Shown here: positions 14,603 to 28,840 of the stretch, piece by piece | Layout: every line of letters begins with the position of its first letter | Numbering within the stretch: the stretch's first letter is position 1 | NCBI GenBank assembly: GCA_964016885.1 | Contig: OZ024743.1 | Coordinates: 14,942,001 to 15,006,000, forward strand | Length of the DNA stretch: 64,000 bases | Reading direction: 5' to 3' | From: Eledone cirrhosa | Lineage: Eukaryota | Notes under the pieces: generated by a model | What the model saw: the letters and a program-made list of their open reading frames with translations, nothing else | Told to the model about the DNA's origin: nothing | The model's database searches: none | Made by a program: the position numbers and the translations under genes

Positions 14603-16961
14603 TATAGACATAGAATATTCGAAAATATTCTGTATGTTTATAATAAACATTTTGAAGACCTAATCGCTATAGAATAGAATACGTCACGTATTACAATTAG
14701 ATTCTCGATAAAAGCAAGGGAAGTAATCTACGCGTTTCATTCTTGTTAGAATTCATCAGGACTACATATCCAGTGCTTTTATCGAGAATGACACAGCTAG
14801 AGACTTATAGAATACTTAGCTGTGTACAGGAACTGGTTTGAAAGAGCGGTTGCCGGTCCGGCAGAAATTAGAAATTGGAATAAATGCTCTGAAATAGCGA
14901 TATATATATGAATATAGACATAGAATATTCGAAAATATTCTGTATGTTTATAATAAACATTTTGAAGACCTAATCGCTATAGAATAGAATACGTCACGTA
15001 TTACAATTAGATTCTCGATAAAAGCAAGGGAAGTAATCTACGCGTTTCATTCTTGTTAGAATTCATCAGGACTACATATCCAGTGCTTTTATCGAGAATG
15101 ACACAGCTAGAGACTTATAGAATACTTAGCTGTGTACAGGAACTGGTTTGAAAGAGCGGTTGCCGGTCCGGCAGAAATTAGAAATTGGAATAAATGCTCT
15201 GAAATAGCGATATATATATGAATATAGACATAGAATATTCGAAAATATTCTGTATGTTTATAATAAACATTTTGAAGACCTAATCGCTATAGAATAGAAT
15301 ACGTCACGTATTACAATTAGATTCTCGATAAAAGCAAGGGAAGTAATCTACGCGTTTCATTCTTGTTAGAATTCATCAGGACTACATATCCAGTGCTTTT
15401 ATCGAGAATGACACAGCTAGAGACTTATAGAATACTTAGCTGTGTACAGGAACTGGTTTGAAAGAGCGGTTGCCGGTCCGGCAGAAATTAGAAATTGGAA
15501 TAAATGCTCTGAAATAGCGATATATATATGAATATAGACATAGAATATTCGAAAATATTCTGTATGTTTATAATAAACATTTTGAAGACCTAATCGCTAT
15601 AGAATAGAATACGTCACGTATTACAATTAGATTCTCGATAAAAGCAAGGGAAGTAATCTACGCGTTTCATTCTTGTTAGAATTCATCAGGACTACATATC
15701 CAGTGCTTTTATCGAGAATGACACCTAATTTCTGCCGGACCGGCAACCGCTCTTTCAAACCAGTTCCTGTACACAGCTAAGTATTCTATAAGTCTCTAGC
15801 TGTGTCATTCTCGATAAAAGCACTGGATATGTAGTCCTGATGAATTCTAACAAGAATGAAACGCGTAGATTACTTCCCTTGCTTTTATCGAGAATCTAAT
15901 TGTAATACGTGACGTATTCTATTCTATAGCGATTAGGTCTTCAAAATGTTTATTATAAACATACAGAATATTTTCGAATATTCTATGTCTATATTCATAT
16001 ATATATCGCTATTTCAGAGCATTTATTCCAATTTCTAATTTCTGCCGGACCGGCAACCGCTCTTTCAAACCAGTTCCTGTACACAGCTAAGTATTCTATA
16101 AGTCTCTAGCTGTGTCATTCTCGATAAAAGCACTGGATATGTAGTCCTGATGAATTCTAACAAGAATGAAACGCGTAGATTACTTCCCTTGCTTTTATCG
16201 AGAATCTAATTGTAATACGTGACGTATTCTATTCTATAGCGATTAGGTCTTCAAAATGTTTATTATAAACATACAGAATATTTTCGAATATTCTATGTCT
16301 ATATTCATATATATATCGCTATTTCAGAGCATTTATTCCAATTTCTAATTTCTGCCGGACCGGCAACCGCTCTTTCAAACCAGTTCCTGTACACAGCTAA
16401 GTATTCTATAAGTCTCTAGCTGTGTCATTCTCGATAAAAGCACTGGATATGTAGTCCTGATGAATTCTAACAAGAATGAAACGCGTAGATTACTTCCCTT
16501 GCTTTTATCGAGAATCTAATTGTAATACGTGACGTATTCTATTCTATAGCGATTAGGTCTTCAAAATGTTTATTATAAACATACAGAATATTTTCGAATA
16601 TTCTATGTCTATATTCATATATATATCGCTATTTCAGAGCATTTATTCCAATTTCTAATTTCTGCCGGACCGGCAACCGCTCTTTCAAACCAGTTCCTGT
16701 ACACAGCTAAGTATTCTATAAGTCTCTAGCTGTGTCATTCTCGATAAAAGCACTGGATATGTAGTCCTGATGAATTCTAACAAGAATGAAACGCGTAGAT
16801 TACTTCCCTTGCTTTTATCGAGAATCTAATTGTAATACGTGACGTATTCTATTCTATAGCGATTAGGTCTTCAAAATGTTTATTATAAACATACAGAATA
16901 TTTTCGAATATTCTATGTCTATATTCATATATATATCGCTATTTCAGAGCATTTATTCCAA

Positions 16962-16969
<8 letters not shown>
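14591..16969. repeat. Palindromic tandem array, 310-bp unit: ~3.65 copies (hammerhead on -) then 4 copies (hammerhead on +), inversion at 15724/15725
   Basis: Left units at 14600, 14910, 15220, 15530; right units at 15725, 16035, 16345, 16655 are their reverse complement; no differences seen between copies by eye; (TA)n on both sides. Confidence 0.96.
15831..15873 (+). ncRNA. Minimal type I hammerhead (also + 16141-16183, 16451-16493, 16761-16803; - 14723-14765, 15033-15075, 15343-15385, 15653-15695)
   Basis: GTAGTC-CTGATGA-ATTC taacaa GAAT-GAAAC-GC-GTA-GATTAC; palindromic stem III (ACGCGT); stem I extended by the perfect 16-bp helix ATTCTCGATAAAAGCA/TGCTTTTATCGAGAAT. Confidence 0.92.
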
Positions 16970-17025
<56 letters not shown>

Positions 17026-17040
17026 ATGTATATATATATG

Positions 17041-17075
<35 letters not shown>

Positions 17076-17769
17076 TGCTAGCACTCTTATAACAACCTCT
17101 TTTGTATCTCTTCCTTTCTGACGCCTTCTTTGCCACTCCACTTATGTTTATTCTTCCATAAATCTTGTAAATAATGACATCGGACTCCGGACCTGGCATG
17201 CAACTCATCAGGCGTTATACATCCGATATTAAACGCATGAAAAATGCGTATTGCTTGGCAGAATGCTAACCATTTGCATTTACAGTGGGTGACATTTTAA
17301 TTCAGTACTGAAAGCCAACAATTCAATTTTGTCACAGTAATTTGTTATATATTTAATGAACGTATATTTTTTCTTTATAAATAACCCTGTTGACGTATGA
17401 ATGTTTGTACCTCTACTATGAGGTAAATAACATGTCAATGTATATAGCAGTGGATTATGTTATTAATAATATCCCTGTTGTATTAATAGTTAGTTTATAC
17501 TACCTGATATCAAATCGGAAATTGCAACATTTTCAAAATCGATTAACCTATAATTCTGTGTGGTTTCAGCGACACAAGTTCATCAAATAATGACACAATA
17601 TAATCATAATGAATGAAGAAATGCTCTTCTGCAAGAAAGAAGTACGAGGGCGAACACATATGGCACAAGGGACATATATGGATTAATATCTCATTATTTC
17701 TTAACGAGCCATTTCTGAAATAACATGAACAATATCTTCATATATTTTTATAAGAGAAAATACGTCGAG

Positions 17770-17946
17770 ATATCGGTAGAGGGTCAGACGCCATGCTTTG
17801 ACGAATAGAGTTACGGCCCTTGCCATTCTGAGTTCAAATTCTGCCAATGTTAACTTTGCCTTTCATCCTTACGGGGTCGATAAAATAAAGTACTAGTAAT
17901 GTACTGGGTAATTGCTGACCTTGTGCCAAAAGTAGAAACAATTATT
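17770..17946 (+). mobile_element. tRNA-derived SINE
   Basis: B-box GAGTTCAAATTC, body TTTGCCTTTCATCCTTACGGGGTCGATAAAATAAAGTAC, and tail shared with the other copies in the window. Confidence 0.8.
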
Positions 17947-18124
17947 TAGCGTGATGGAGTCTAATAAAAAAAAATCTCATGATTCTCCCATTTCTTTTCT
18001 TTAATAATGATGTGTTTAAAAAGAAAGCAGTATTGGAAAGGTCTATAAACGCCATCAATTAGAAGGAAAGGGCAAGGACTATTAGACAACGGAAGAAAGA
18101 GGTGGAATAAGAGATGGTGACAGA

Positions 18125-18490
18125 CTCTACCGACAAAAGAGCAAAAGCATTTCTGCTGATAATGGCCAGGGACACCCGTTGCAACAGCGGGCATGGCTCA
18201 CGGGGCTTCCTCAGAAAGTCTGCTCTCATTCCGATTTCACGGAGGAAGTGAAATGTACGCTTTCTGAGTAAACCTGGTGTCTTGATGGTGACATCTGCAA
18301 AGATGAAGTGACTGTATAAATATCGATATTAGCTTGTCTGCTTATCCTCTGAATCCCCGGACGATGTACTGAGCTTTGTCACCGAAGCGACTAAGTTGGA
18401 GCCGGCGAACGAGACACTGCCCTTCTGTAGTGAAACTATGAAAGCTTTTCCAGCGTTCGAATCACCTAGTTCATTGTGATGGAAAGGGCC
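18125..18490 (-). pseudogene. Relic 3' end of a CRE-like RLE non-LTR retrotransposon
   Basis: Manual translation ...FIFADVTIKTPGLLRKRTFHFLREIGMRADFLRKPREPCPLLQRVSLAIISRNAF resembles the CRE-clade C-terminus (F.P.A.ET.G...FL.E.G...L.QR.S.AI.RGNA); similar to 51031-51234. Confidence 0.6.
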
Positions 18491-21400
18491 CACGAATTGT
18501 ACATTAAATAGTAAAAATGAATTACATTTTAAAATAAATAAAATATTATTTTAGCATAAATTCTAACGGTTTCAATTTTATGACAAGTTCCTCTCATATC
18601 ATAGGTAATATTTCTTGTTCCAATTTTGCGTGTGATTGTTTCTTAACAGAAATGTGAACGTGTAATGTAAACCATTCTGCGCCAATACAAACGACTTTCG
18701 GCCATAGTGTGTGTTTCAATGATTGAAAAAATATCCACTGTACAGATGCGCCTTTCTTATGCATTCGTACTTGCAGATGTAATCAGCAAAAACAAATTAA
18801 GCATACATTTTCATGCATAGCAAGGAAGAAACGTGATTTAAAAATTAACTCTGAAATGATATTGCTTGACTTGCAGTTTTTATAAATGTATGTGTGTGTG
18901 CGTAGGGGGGTCTCTATGTGTGCGTGTATAACATCTTCCGCAATATATCAGTAAATTGATTATTTTCAATACCACCAGAGAAGTTCCCAAAATCACGTTT
19001 CCTAAATGTTACAAAACTTTGATTGACTGAAATCATTCCTGATGTCAACTTTCCAAATTTATATTCATTTAAGAAACGATTGTATTTCAATCAGTGGGAG
19101 AAAATATGCATCTCAAAAGTGGAAATACATGTTCACATGGTACATTAATTTCTGTACATGCAACGGCAAATATGTATATCTTCGCATCGTCAGACCAGCA
19201 TGACGAATAGCTTCTGGGCGTTTATTTTTCCCAAAAGTGAAAGAGCACAATTAGAAAAACCGGTTATCCGAAACCTTGTTAGATTCATGACAACCACCCG
19301 ATCATATTAAACAGATCTAATGTAAGCATTCACCGTTGTTTTCCTAAGTTTTACAGATATTTTAAATTCAGCCCAATTCTAAATGGATGTTAGTAAAGTT
19401 GTTTGTAATATCCGACTAGATTTTATATCTGGCCAGTCAGAGACAGCTTCAAATGAATCTAACTGGTCACTCGACACACAGTCCTACAATGCTGCTTGAC
19501 CAAATCCCGGTAATTGACCGGTACATTTTGTATCTGCTCTGTATGGATGAAAAGCAAAGTTTACCTCGGACAAATATAGAAATTAAGCGAGGAGAAGTAA
19601 GACAGATAAAAACAATCATGGTTAATTTCATATATTTCTCGTGAGATACATTGAGGAAAGTGTCTTTGTTCAAAGTTGAAAAACACCGATATGTTTAAAT
19701 TGCAGTTTTAAAATAACACAATGTTGATGTAGATGGCGACCTAGCAAAGGGTAGATTGTATGTTTTATATATGTGTTATTTACCCTTCCATGTCTGGAAA
19801 CTCCCAAATCCCGAAAGCGATTGGTAACTATAGTGGTTGATGGAAGATAATATTTTACTATAATAACATTGACCTTCTATTCTTTACACGTGTTTCATAT
19901 ATTCCAGCATTATAATTATCTATAAATATCTCTTATCTTAATTTGTCACTTGCGATTCATGTCATCTACTCTAGGAATTCTGTATGTAAGATCATATTGC
20001 CACATCCAGGAAAAGAGTGAACTCATATTCACTTCATCAACCAATACAGCACTTAACTACATGATAATGAAGCTACTTTAAAGCATGGAAGATTATATTA
20101 CTTACAAAGACGTATAATGCATAGGGAATAACATTGAGAGATATAACATAGAAATGCGTAATTCAATAGCTGGTATTGGTGTATTTAATTCTTACACAAA
20201 CATATGTTATTGTAGAGAGGTATGTTTTACAATGCTGACATATCCAAATACAATTTAGATAGGGAAAAGTGTTTCATGAGGCAATTATCATTTCCAGCAT
20301 TTACAGTGCTTTACCTAGCAGTATTCTAATATTACATACATGACTACTTGGATTTTTCTCAATAAGTATGCCTCTGCAAATTGTCTGGAATGTATTGGAA
20401 TTTCACCAACCTCTATATGAAAATTCAATTATTTTTCTGTTATTAATTTGTTTTATTTTATTTAAAAAGCTATGATTCAGGTAATGTTTCTGAATAGCTT
20501 GAGTATTTATTATTTTGAAGAGGTAATATTCATTACATACCATATTGATTTTCTCAAATCTCATATCTGCTCAACCAACGTAGTTTGAATGTGGATGACA
20601 ACTAATTGAGATTGAAATTATATCTGAATGGTATGGAAATAGTTTCTGAATTGTAAATATATGGCTTGCTAGATGTCAGAGAAAACATCCTGCAAGCTGC
20701 ATAATTGATATTATTAATGTTGGTGGATTCTAACTAAAATATGGTCTCTAGGATTCTAGTGAACACGTAACAGTTAAAAATAGGTTAAGAAAAAAGTGTC
20801 ATGCTAACAATAGAGAGTTTCTTTTTCTCTGCGTTTGATGCATGGTACAAAAATATATTGATAATATATAATACTGAATACAGAACATATATGATGATTG
20901 TTGTAAAATGAAATAATCCTGGTTTATTATTTATACAATGCGAAAATATGACACAACAATATTCCTCTGTGTGGTCGTCCTTGTTGAGAAAAATAAATAA
21001 TATATACATTATTCAAATCACAGCTTTTCATTGACGAAATGGCTATATACATTAGATAATTTAAGCACAAATAAAAAATGCAATACCCATAACTATTACC
21101 CAACGGATAATATATTCGATAAGGTTCGACCTGAGAAACAGTGAGTATAAGTCAGTCGAGAGGCATCCTCAGACTTGTAGATAGTAGGTAATGTTTCCAT
21201 GAGATAGAGATTTAGTAATGCCTATATGTTATATAAATGACATACATTTTCACAGACATTTAATATCGGTGACTATATTAGGCGTAAAGGTTAATCATTG
21301 AATATGTAAGCTGAAGGAGCATTAAAATGATAAACTCTTAGAGCTTTAGTTATGATTTGTAGGAATGTGTAGGCGCGAATTTGTAGTTTTGTATCCACTC

Positions 21401-21920
21401 GTTTATGCCTTTTGGATGTGGGTCAACCATGAATCGTCTCTGCTCAAAGTAAATGACTACGCCGGCATGTTTATATAATTTGCACCAACCTTTGTGGCAA
21501 TGCAAATATATGCATCACGAAATGAAAGATATTGACCTGTCATCTGGACTATGTTAAGTGTCTTAAGCCAGGATTAAATAGATTTGTAAATTTAGCTGAT
21601 AGTAATTTCTATTCTTTATTTCCTTGCTGCTGTAATACATTGCTTACTTTCTGTAACAATGAAAGATTTCTTCCAAGATGCCTTTCATCCATTCTAGAAT
21701 AGCCACTATCTTGCTTTTTGTGCTGCACCACAGGCACACACTCGCCTCGCATCCATATATTCTGGGATCAAGATTTTGAAGCTACTTGTTTTATCACATC
21801 AACGATTTGTACGTACAACTTTAAATGCCCATTCTATTTTCTTCTCTAACAATCATTAATTGTGCATTTTTCTCTTTAGGTTTCTTCCGGTCATTCCCAT
21901 CTTATATATATATATATATA

Positions 21921-21976
<56 letters not shown>

Positions 21977-22602
21977 CGTGTGTGTGTGTATGTGTGTATA
22001 TATACATATATATGTGTCTGTATATATATATATTCAAAAGTAAAGTTTATTAATATATCCCACAAGGGTAAAAATAGAGTAACAATGAGTTGAGAATGCA
22101 ATTGCTGTCCTTAAGAAGGTTTATTTACAATTATTTATAACTTTACTATTTTAACAAATGCGATGATTTTCAATAATTGCATTTTCAATTTATGTTTTCT
22201 ATATATATGAATATATATACATATTCAGTTTTCCAGGAGATGGCAACATCAATACGTCTATTTTTACTCTTAAACATTATTTTTCATTTCCGCCACTATT
22301 GCTCTGCTCAATCTTTTTGTTTCTTCTCTTATTTTTAGTTCTATATTATGTTGAAGGACAGATGTCCAAAACGTTAAGACTCTTTTTTCTAATAGCAAGC
22401 TTAAACTATTCATATATTTTTTCATTTTACTGTTTCGATTTCTTTGTTATTTCTGTTTGTATGTGTATACATTCATATATTTATATATATATATATATAC
22501 ATACACATACACATACGCACACACACACACGCACACACACACACCGACACAGATACACACACGCATACATACACACATATATATCTACATATATATATAT
22601 AT

Positions 22603-24490
22603 ATAAAGGACGTAAAATAAGAAAATATTTTTTTTAAAAAATTTAAAAAAAATTTTTTTCTTACTTAAATTTTCACTCCAACTAATTAGTCTCTGCAATG
22701 GGATAAAGACAGTTACGTAATCCAACTGTCGAGAATTCATTGCGTCATCAGGAAGTCTATTCTCATCTGTGCGCTTATGTTAGTTGATATATTAAATTAT
22801 CTATATTTATCTCCAAATCACTGATTTGTCGAGCAAACTTGTCAAAACCACTTCTAAAAAAGATTTTTTTTGGGGTGTTAGTAGGCGTCAGTCATCTTAC
22901 CATCCCATTCCTTCTAACTAGCCTCTGTGTCACGTGATTGATTCTTTAGAATCGGCCATTTGACTTGAAGCAGTGAGAATTTCGGTACATAGAATCCAGT
23001 CCTCGCAAGCTGTTCGATCTACCGAATTATTATTATTTTTATATGAGCCGCCAGTGTCCGCGCATTGCCTGGAGACTTAACTGAGAATAGACTTCCTGAT
23101 GACGCAATGAATTCTCGACAGTTGGATTACGTAACTGTCTTTATCCCATTGCAGAAACTAATTAGTTGGAGTGAAAATTTAAGTAAGAAAAAAAATTTTT
23201 TTAAATTTTTTTAAAAAAATATTTTCTTATTTTACGTCCTTTATATTATTGTTCTGCATTCTCCTGCATTGAACCACCTAGGTACTATGACATAACCTGT
23301 GTATTTGCTGGCATGGGCGTGCATCTGTGCGCTTATGTTAGTTGATATATTAAATTATCTATATTTATCTCCAAATCACTGATTTGTCGAGCAAACTTGT
23401 CAAAACCACTTCTAAAAAAGATTTTTTTTTGGGGTGTTAGTAGGCGTCAGTCATCTTACCATCCCATTCCTTCTAACTAGCCTCTGTGTCACGTGATTGA
23501 TTCTTTAGAATCGGCCATTTGACTTGAAGCAGTGAGAATTTCGGTACATAGAATCCAGTCCTCGCAAGCTGTTCGATCTACCGAATTATTATTATTTTTA
23601 TATGAGCCGCCAGTGTCCGCGCATTGCCTGGAGACTTAACTGAGAATAGACTTCCTGATGACGCAATGAATTCTCGACAGTTGGATTACGTAACTGTCTT
23701 TATCCCATTGCAGAAACTAATTAGTTGGAGTGAAAATTTAAGTAAGAAAAAAAAAAAAAAAAAAAAAAAATTTTTTTTAATTTTTTTAAAAAAATATTTT
23801 CTTATTTTACGTCCTTTATATTATTGTTCTGCATTCTCCTGCATTGAACCACCTAGGTACTATGACATAACCTGTGTATTTGCTGGCATGGGCGTGCATC
23901 TGTGCGCTTATGTTAGTTGATATATTAAATTATCTATATTTATCTCCAAATCACTGATTTGTCGAGCAAACTTGTCAAAACCACTTCTAAAAAAGATTTT
24001 TTTTGGGGTGTTAGTAGGCGTCAGTCATCTTACCATCCCATTCCTTCTAACTAGCCTCTGTGTCACGTGATTGATTCTTTAGAATCGGCCATTTGACTTG
24101 AAGCAGTGAGAATTTCGGTACATAGAATCCAGTCCTCGCAAGCTGTTCGATCTACCGAATTATTATTATTTTTATATGAGCCGCCAGTGTCCGCGCATTG
24201 CCTGGAGACTTAACTGAGAATAGACTTCCTGATGACGCAATGAATTCTCGACAGTTGGATTACGTAACTGTCTTTATCCCATTGCAGAAACTAATTAGTT
24301 GGAGTGAAAATTTAAGTAAGAAAAAAATTTTTTTTAAATTTTTTTAAAAAAATATTTTCTTATTTTACGTCCTTTATATTATTGTTCTGCATTCTCCTGC
24401 ATTGAACCACCTAGGTACTATGACATAACCTGTGTATTTGCTGGCATGGGCGTGCATCTGTGCGCTTATGTTAGTTGATATATTAAATTA

Positions 24491-24497
<7 letters not shown>
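22603..24497 (+). repeat. Tandem array, ~558-bp unit x ~3.1 (22764-24497), preceded by an inverted partial unit (22603-22765); one hammerhead per unit
   Basis: Unit starts (CATCTGTGCG) at 22764, 23322, 23897, 24455; length varies at a poly-A/T run; (TA)n flanks. Confidence 0.95.
23091..23172 (+). ncRNA. Type I hammerhead with long stem II (also 23650-23731 and 24224-24305; core-mutant inverted copy at ~22675-22756)
   Basis: ACTTC-CTGATGA-cGCAATG..GACAGTT..AACTGTC..CATTGCa-GAAAC-TAATTA-GTT-GGAGT; palindromic stem III ACTAATTAGT; GUU site. Confidence 0.8.
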
Positions 24498-24521
<24 letters not shown>

Positions 24522-24960
24522 GTGTGGTGGTGAAAGGCGTGAGGAAAATATTCAATATTGAAACAGGGTTGTTTATTATTTAGATAAGGCTTAGTGTGTA
24601 TATGTGCGATTGCCTTTGTGCATGTGTGATTTATATACTCATGTAAGTTTATATAATTTGAACAACGGAAGATCAGAAGATGTCTGTTTGTAACGTAGGA
24701 ATCAAGAAAATGAGTGATATTCTTCAGCGGGTATAAGTCGGAGCGTTGTCATAATGCAGCGTCCAGTTTTATGCGGCCCACATATCTAGTCTTATACCAC
24801 AAGCACATCAGCTGGGAGGCTGTATGCCTGATAGGCAATATCTATCTAGTTCATCTAAGCTAGGATTTGTTTCATCATATGGCAAATTTATTTTTACAGG
24901 CAAAGTTTCAATTTCTAAACGTTTCAATGTTTCTCAGAAAAATCATTTAAATAACGAAAT

Positions 24961-25141
24961 AATTGTTTCTGCTTCTGGCACAAGGCCAGTATTATGCCAG
25001 TGTATTACTGGTACTTTATTTTATCGAACCCGTGAGGATGAAAGGCAAAGTTAACCTCGGCGGGATTTGAACACAGATCACAAATGGAGGTAACACTATG
25101 CTTTATAACATGGCGTCTGACCCTTTACCGATACTGCCAAT
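24961..25141 (-). mobile_element. tRNA-derived SINE
   Basis: Reverse complement of the consensus at 51716-51909. Confidence 0.8.
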
Positions 25142-25851
25142 AACGAAATAATATAACCAAGCCGATGCTTCACATGCCCAAAGAAAGCGTGCAAACAATT
25201 TTAAGGAAATACAGATTAAATTCGAAGAATAATTTAACGCAAATATTAAAATCATTTCCTAAATATTAGAATAAGTCTTAGAAGATATAGAAGACATTTT
25301 CCAAAGACTGAGTTTCTGAATTTTCGAAATATTCTTAAGTTTTTATATACATTCTCATGTAGCATGTTTTTGCATCTTAAATCCTTATGCTTTTTGAGTT
25401 AGTTCAAAGGTCCAAGTAGATAAACGTTTTGTAGTCCCGCATAATACGGTTAATGGCTTCCAGCCAAATAAAAGTGCTTTCATTAGTTTATCGATATCCT
25501 CTGTATTTTGTTTACATTCCACTTCTGATTTTTCTGTACATAATATTGAGATCCTCATTTTTTTATTTGTTGATATAGAAATCTGAGAATTCTGATCATT
25601 CAACTCAGATAAATAATATACGCGCGTGTGTGTGCGAATGTAAGTATTCATATACGTGTAGAAAGATAAATATATACGGAGTGTTTGCGTGTTTCTGAAT
25701 ATACACCCCCTCCCACATATATATGTATGTATATATGTATGTATATATACTGTATATATATATATATACATACATACACATGCTCACACACACATACACG
25801 CACACACATACATATACACACACACACACACACACACGTATATATATATAT

Positions 25852-25890
<39 letters not shown>

Positions 25891-26370
25891 CTTGTTTGTA
25901 TACATTTCTGCTTGTTATTAACATAATATAGCGATCGATATTGGAGCCTTGAAATGTCTTTGCAGAAAAAAGACATGATGAAAGATTCAATAGGAAACAT
26001 TATAAAAACAAAGTAGAAAAAAACATATATCCAAAGAACAATGGGAAAAACAATATCAGCGACTAACAAAAACAAGAATCAATACATAAATATATATATT
26101 AAACTAGGACATCAGCTTCAAATACAATATTGACAACAGTAACTATAAAGAGTTAAATAAAGAAACAAATACCTATAACAAAACAAGTAGATATAAAAAG
26201 AATGTGACAAAACGTAAAACAAAAACAAATAGACCAAGGGAAAAATGTAAACAACTAATGTTAACATCTACTGTGAAAACTAATAAATAAAAATAAACAA
26301 ACAAAAATCAACAAAAATGAATCAAGTAAAAAATATTTTTTATGACTCTCTAATAATAATAATAATAATA

Positions 26371-26752
26371 ATCGTTTCTGATTTAAAAAGAAGGCCAACC
26401 ATTTTAGGGGAGGGCAAAGTTGATGATCGACCCAACTGAATTACTAGTGCTTTACTTTATCGACCCCGTAAAGTAAAAAGGCAAAGTTAACCTCGGCAGG
26501 ATTTGAAATCAGAATGTAAAGGACCATAAGTATATGCCGCAACGCATGTTGTTCGAAGCTCAACTGATACTGCCAATCCACTACCCTTATAATAATAATA
26601 TTTGTTTGTACAATTGGCACAAGGCCAGCAATATGAAGGGAACGGGAAAGTCGACAAAATCGACCCCAGTGCGTTACTGATACTGTATTTTATCGACCAT
26701 GTAAAGATAAATGGCAAAGCTAATCTCAGCGTAACCTCAGAACGTAAAGGGC
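26371..26752 (-). mobile_element. Two adjacent SINE copies (26371-26587 and partial 26601-26752), variant subfamily
   Basis: Same A/B-box head and TTTATCGACC body, with a longer 3' part; (TAA)n at the tails. Confidence 0.7.
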
Positions 26753-26889
26753 TGTATCTCTGGGGTGCGAATAATTGTTATATTCATTGGACACAAGGGC
26801 ATACATATAAGTGACGATACAATAGACAGTGACAGTTGAGTGTTTATACAAACATCGAGTAAACAATAAAAAAAAAATACTAATTTTAA

Positions 26890-27510
26890 CTAACTTTCTA
26901 ACACACCCAGAAAATGTGCTGTTCCTAAGAAGGCTGGTTTCTGCTACAATCCCGCATTGATTGTAATTCGTAGTTTCTCAAGCCATGCATTTAAATTTTT
27001 ACTAACATCTCCAGGTGCGCCAAACAAAGTAGTACTAATTCTAAGTTATTTATTCTCCATAATTTTCTGATTTCGCTCTTGAGTTCCTGATAGTTATCAC
27101 TGTTATTTCTTACCTTTTTATTCAACATGTGACCCAACTGTGAAGTAATATCAAGAGTAGTTTCCTTGTTAACCTTCTTTTATACCAAAATAATCTCAGG
27201 TTTTCTAACCAGGATAAGATGTTTGCATTTGATGGTCATGTGCCAAAATATTTCATATCGTTCATTTTCAGCAACCCTTTCCTGCTGGTGCACATACCTG
27301 TTATCATTTCTACTAATCTCATACTTAAGAGATTCAATTGAAACAATCTGGAAAGGATGTGTCGTCACATGTACTCATTCTGTGTTAGCATCTTACATTT
27401 ACTAATAATGTGATTTATTGTTTCACCACACAGCCTACAAAGTGAGGAATTAACTGTCCTATCAATATTGAACTTGATATAGTTTGTTCTCACCGTCTGT
27501 TCTTGGATAT
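26890..27510 (-). pseudogene. Decayed R4/Dong-type RLE retrotransposon 3' fragment
   Basis: CRLCGETINHIISKC zinc finger followed by RHD-like and KPEIILV (PD motif) remnants; many stops. Confidence 0.75.
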
Positions 27511-28840
27511 CAATTTCATCCTTCACGTCGCTATTCGTATCCATTCCCAGAGCCAACACTCTGAAGGATTTGACGCAAAATTGACAATATAATTTTATAT
27601 TTGCATCTATTCAAGGTGAGAAATATTCAAAAGGAAAAGAGGTCAACATCCTTTAGATCTCTCAATACTCTTGTGACTGTTAAAACATTATTTTAATATA
27701 ACCACACCACAGTAACATTTTTTAGTTGATGCTAACATCAACATTTCCTGTTATCCTTAACGAGGAAATGCACAGGACATGTACGAATTCAACTATACAC
27801 TTAGAAAACTGTTCAAAGTTGAAGTTGTAAATTCTAGTGTTCCTGGAAACTCTTAAACGTTGTAATGTTGGCGTTGCAGAAACAAAGCAGAAAAACGTAA
27901 CCACTTCATATATTATAATATTACTGCTTTGCTAAATTTAGGCGACATTAAATTTGATGATATCTTCCAAACACTGATGATCAGATCGATGAACAGCCCG
28001 ATATACATAGTAAACTTGAAATCATATATAATGGTATCCATGATAGTATAAATGTGGTGTTAACGAACTATTCTATAGTACCGTAGCGTAAGTTTAACTT
28101 TGTGCGGTCATATTTGTTGAAATAGAATTATTAGAAAATACAATAAAATGAAGGCAGTCAGGAAGTGGTTCAATATCTACACATTTGACAATTGAGATGT
28201 AATTGATTCCACGCATAATGTATTTTAGAATTCATCCCAGAAACCTAATAACCCTTATATTAATCTAGAGAAGAAAATAGGCTCATCTACCAAATTGATC
28301 GACTCATCTGCAGGACCAATCCTAATGACACGTACATGTGTAGAAATCCTGTAAGATGTTTTCAACATATCTGTTTAGTAATTTAGATTTAAGGAACATA
28401 CGATGCCGTATTTGCTAAATGATCATATATGAATCACGTAATATAATTGACGCCTCGAATTGCAAGTAATGATAACATTTACACAGACGGGGACAATTTC
28501 TGTTAGCTAAAGGAATGGCAATTCAAATTATAAACATAATATAGATATCAAATCTACATATAAAAAGAAAAGCTGCGAACGTATGTAAATGTATAATTCC
28601 ACATGAAAAATAGTCTTGAGGTCACGTTCACATGTATCAGTACCATCAGTGCATATTACGAGATGTTTATATATATTGTACATTAATCTTAGCTGAAGTT
28701 ACTAGCAATTTACAGAAATAGTTGCTTTTATATTTTAGACATCTAAGACATATCATATATAGGTGTTATAAGTAATTCAGTAAAAACGTATACAGTATAT
28801 GCATAATTGTATTATATATTCAGTTGTTCGTAGCACTAGT

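Noticed and set aside
17085-17215. Possible host exon on the minus strand, and a CTGATGA at 17209-17203
   Set aside because: No recognisable protein motif, weak acceptor and no partner exons; no GAAA or stems to complete a hammerhead.
19700-21830. Possibly decayed coding or transposase-like sequence (also 27560-28500)
   Set aside because: No ORF or motif I can identify; would need a translated search (BLASTX/Dfam).
7626-24497. Tandem arrays as CRISPR arrays or plain satellite DNA
   Set aside because: No unique spacers and no cas genes; whole units repeat and each carries a hammerhead core.
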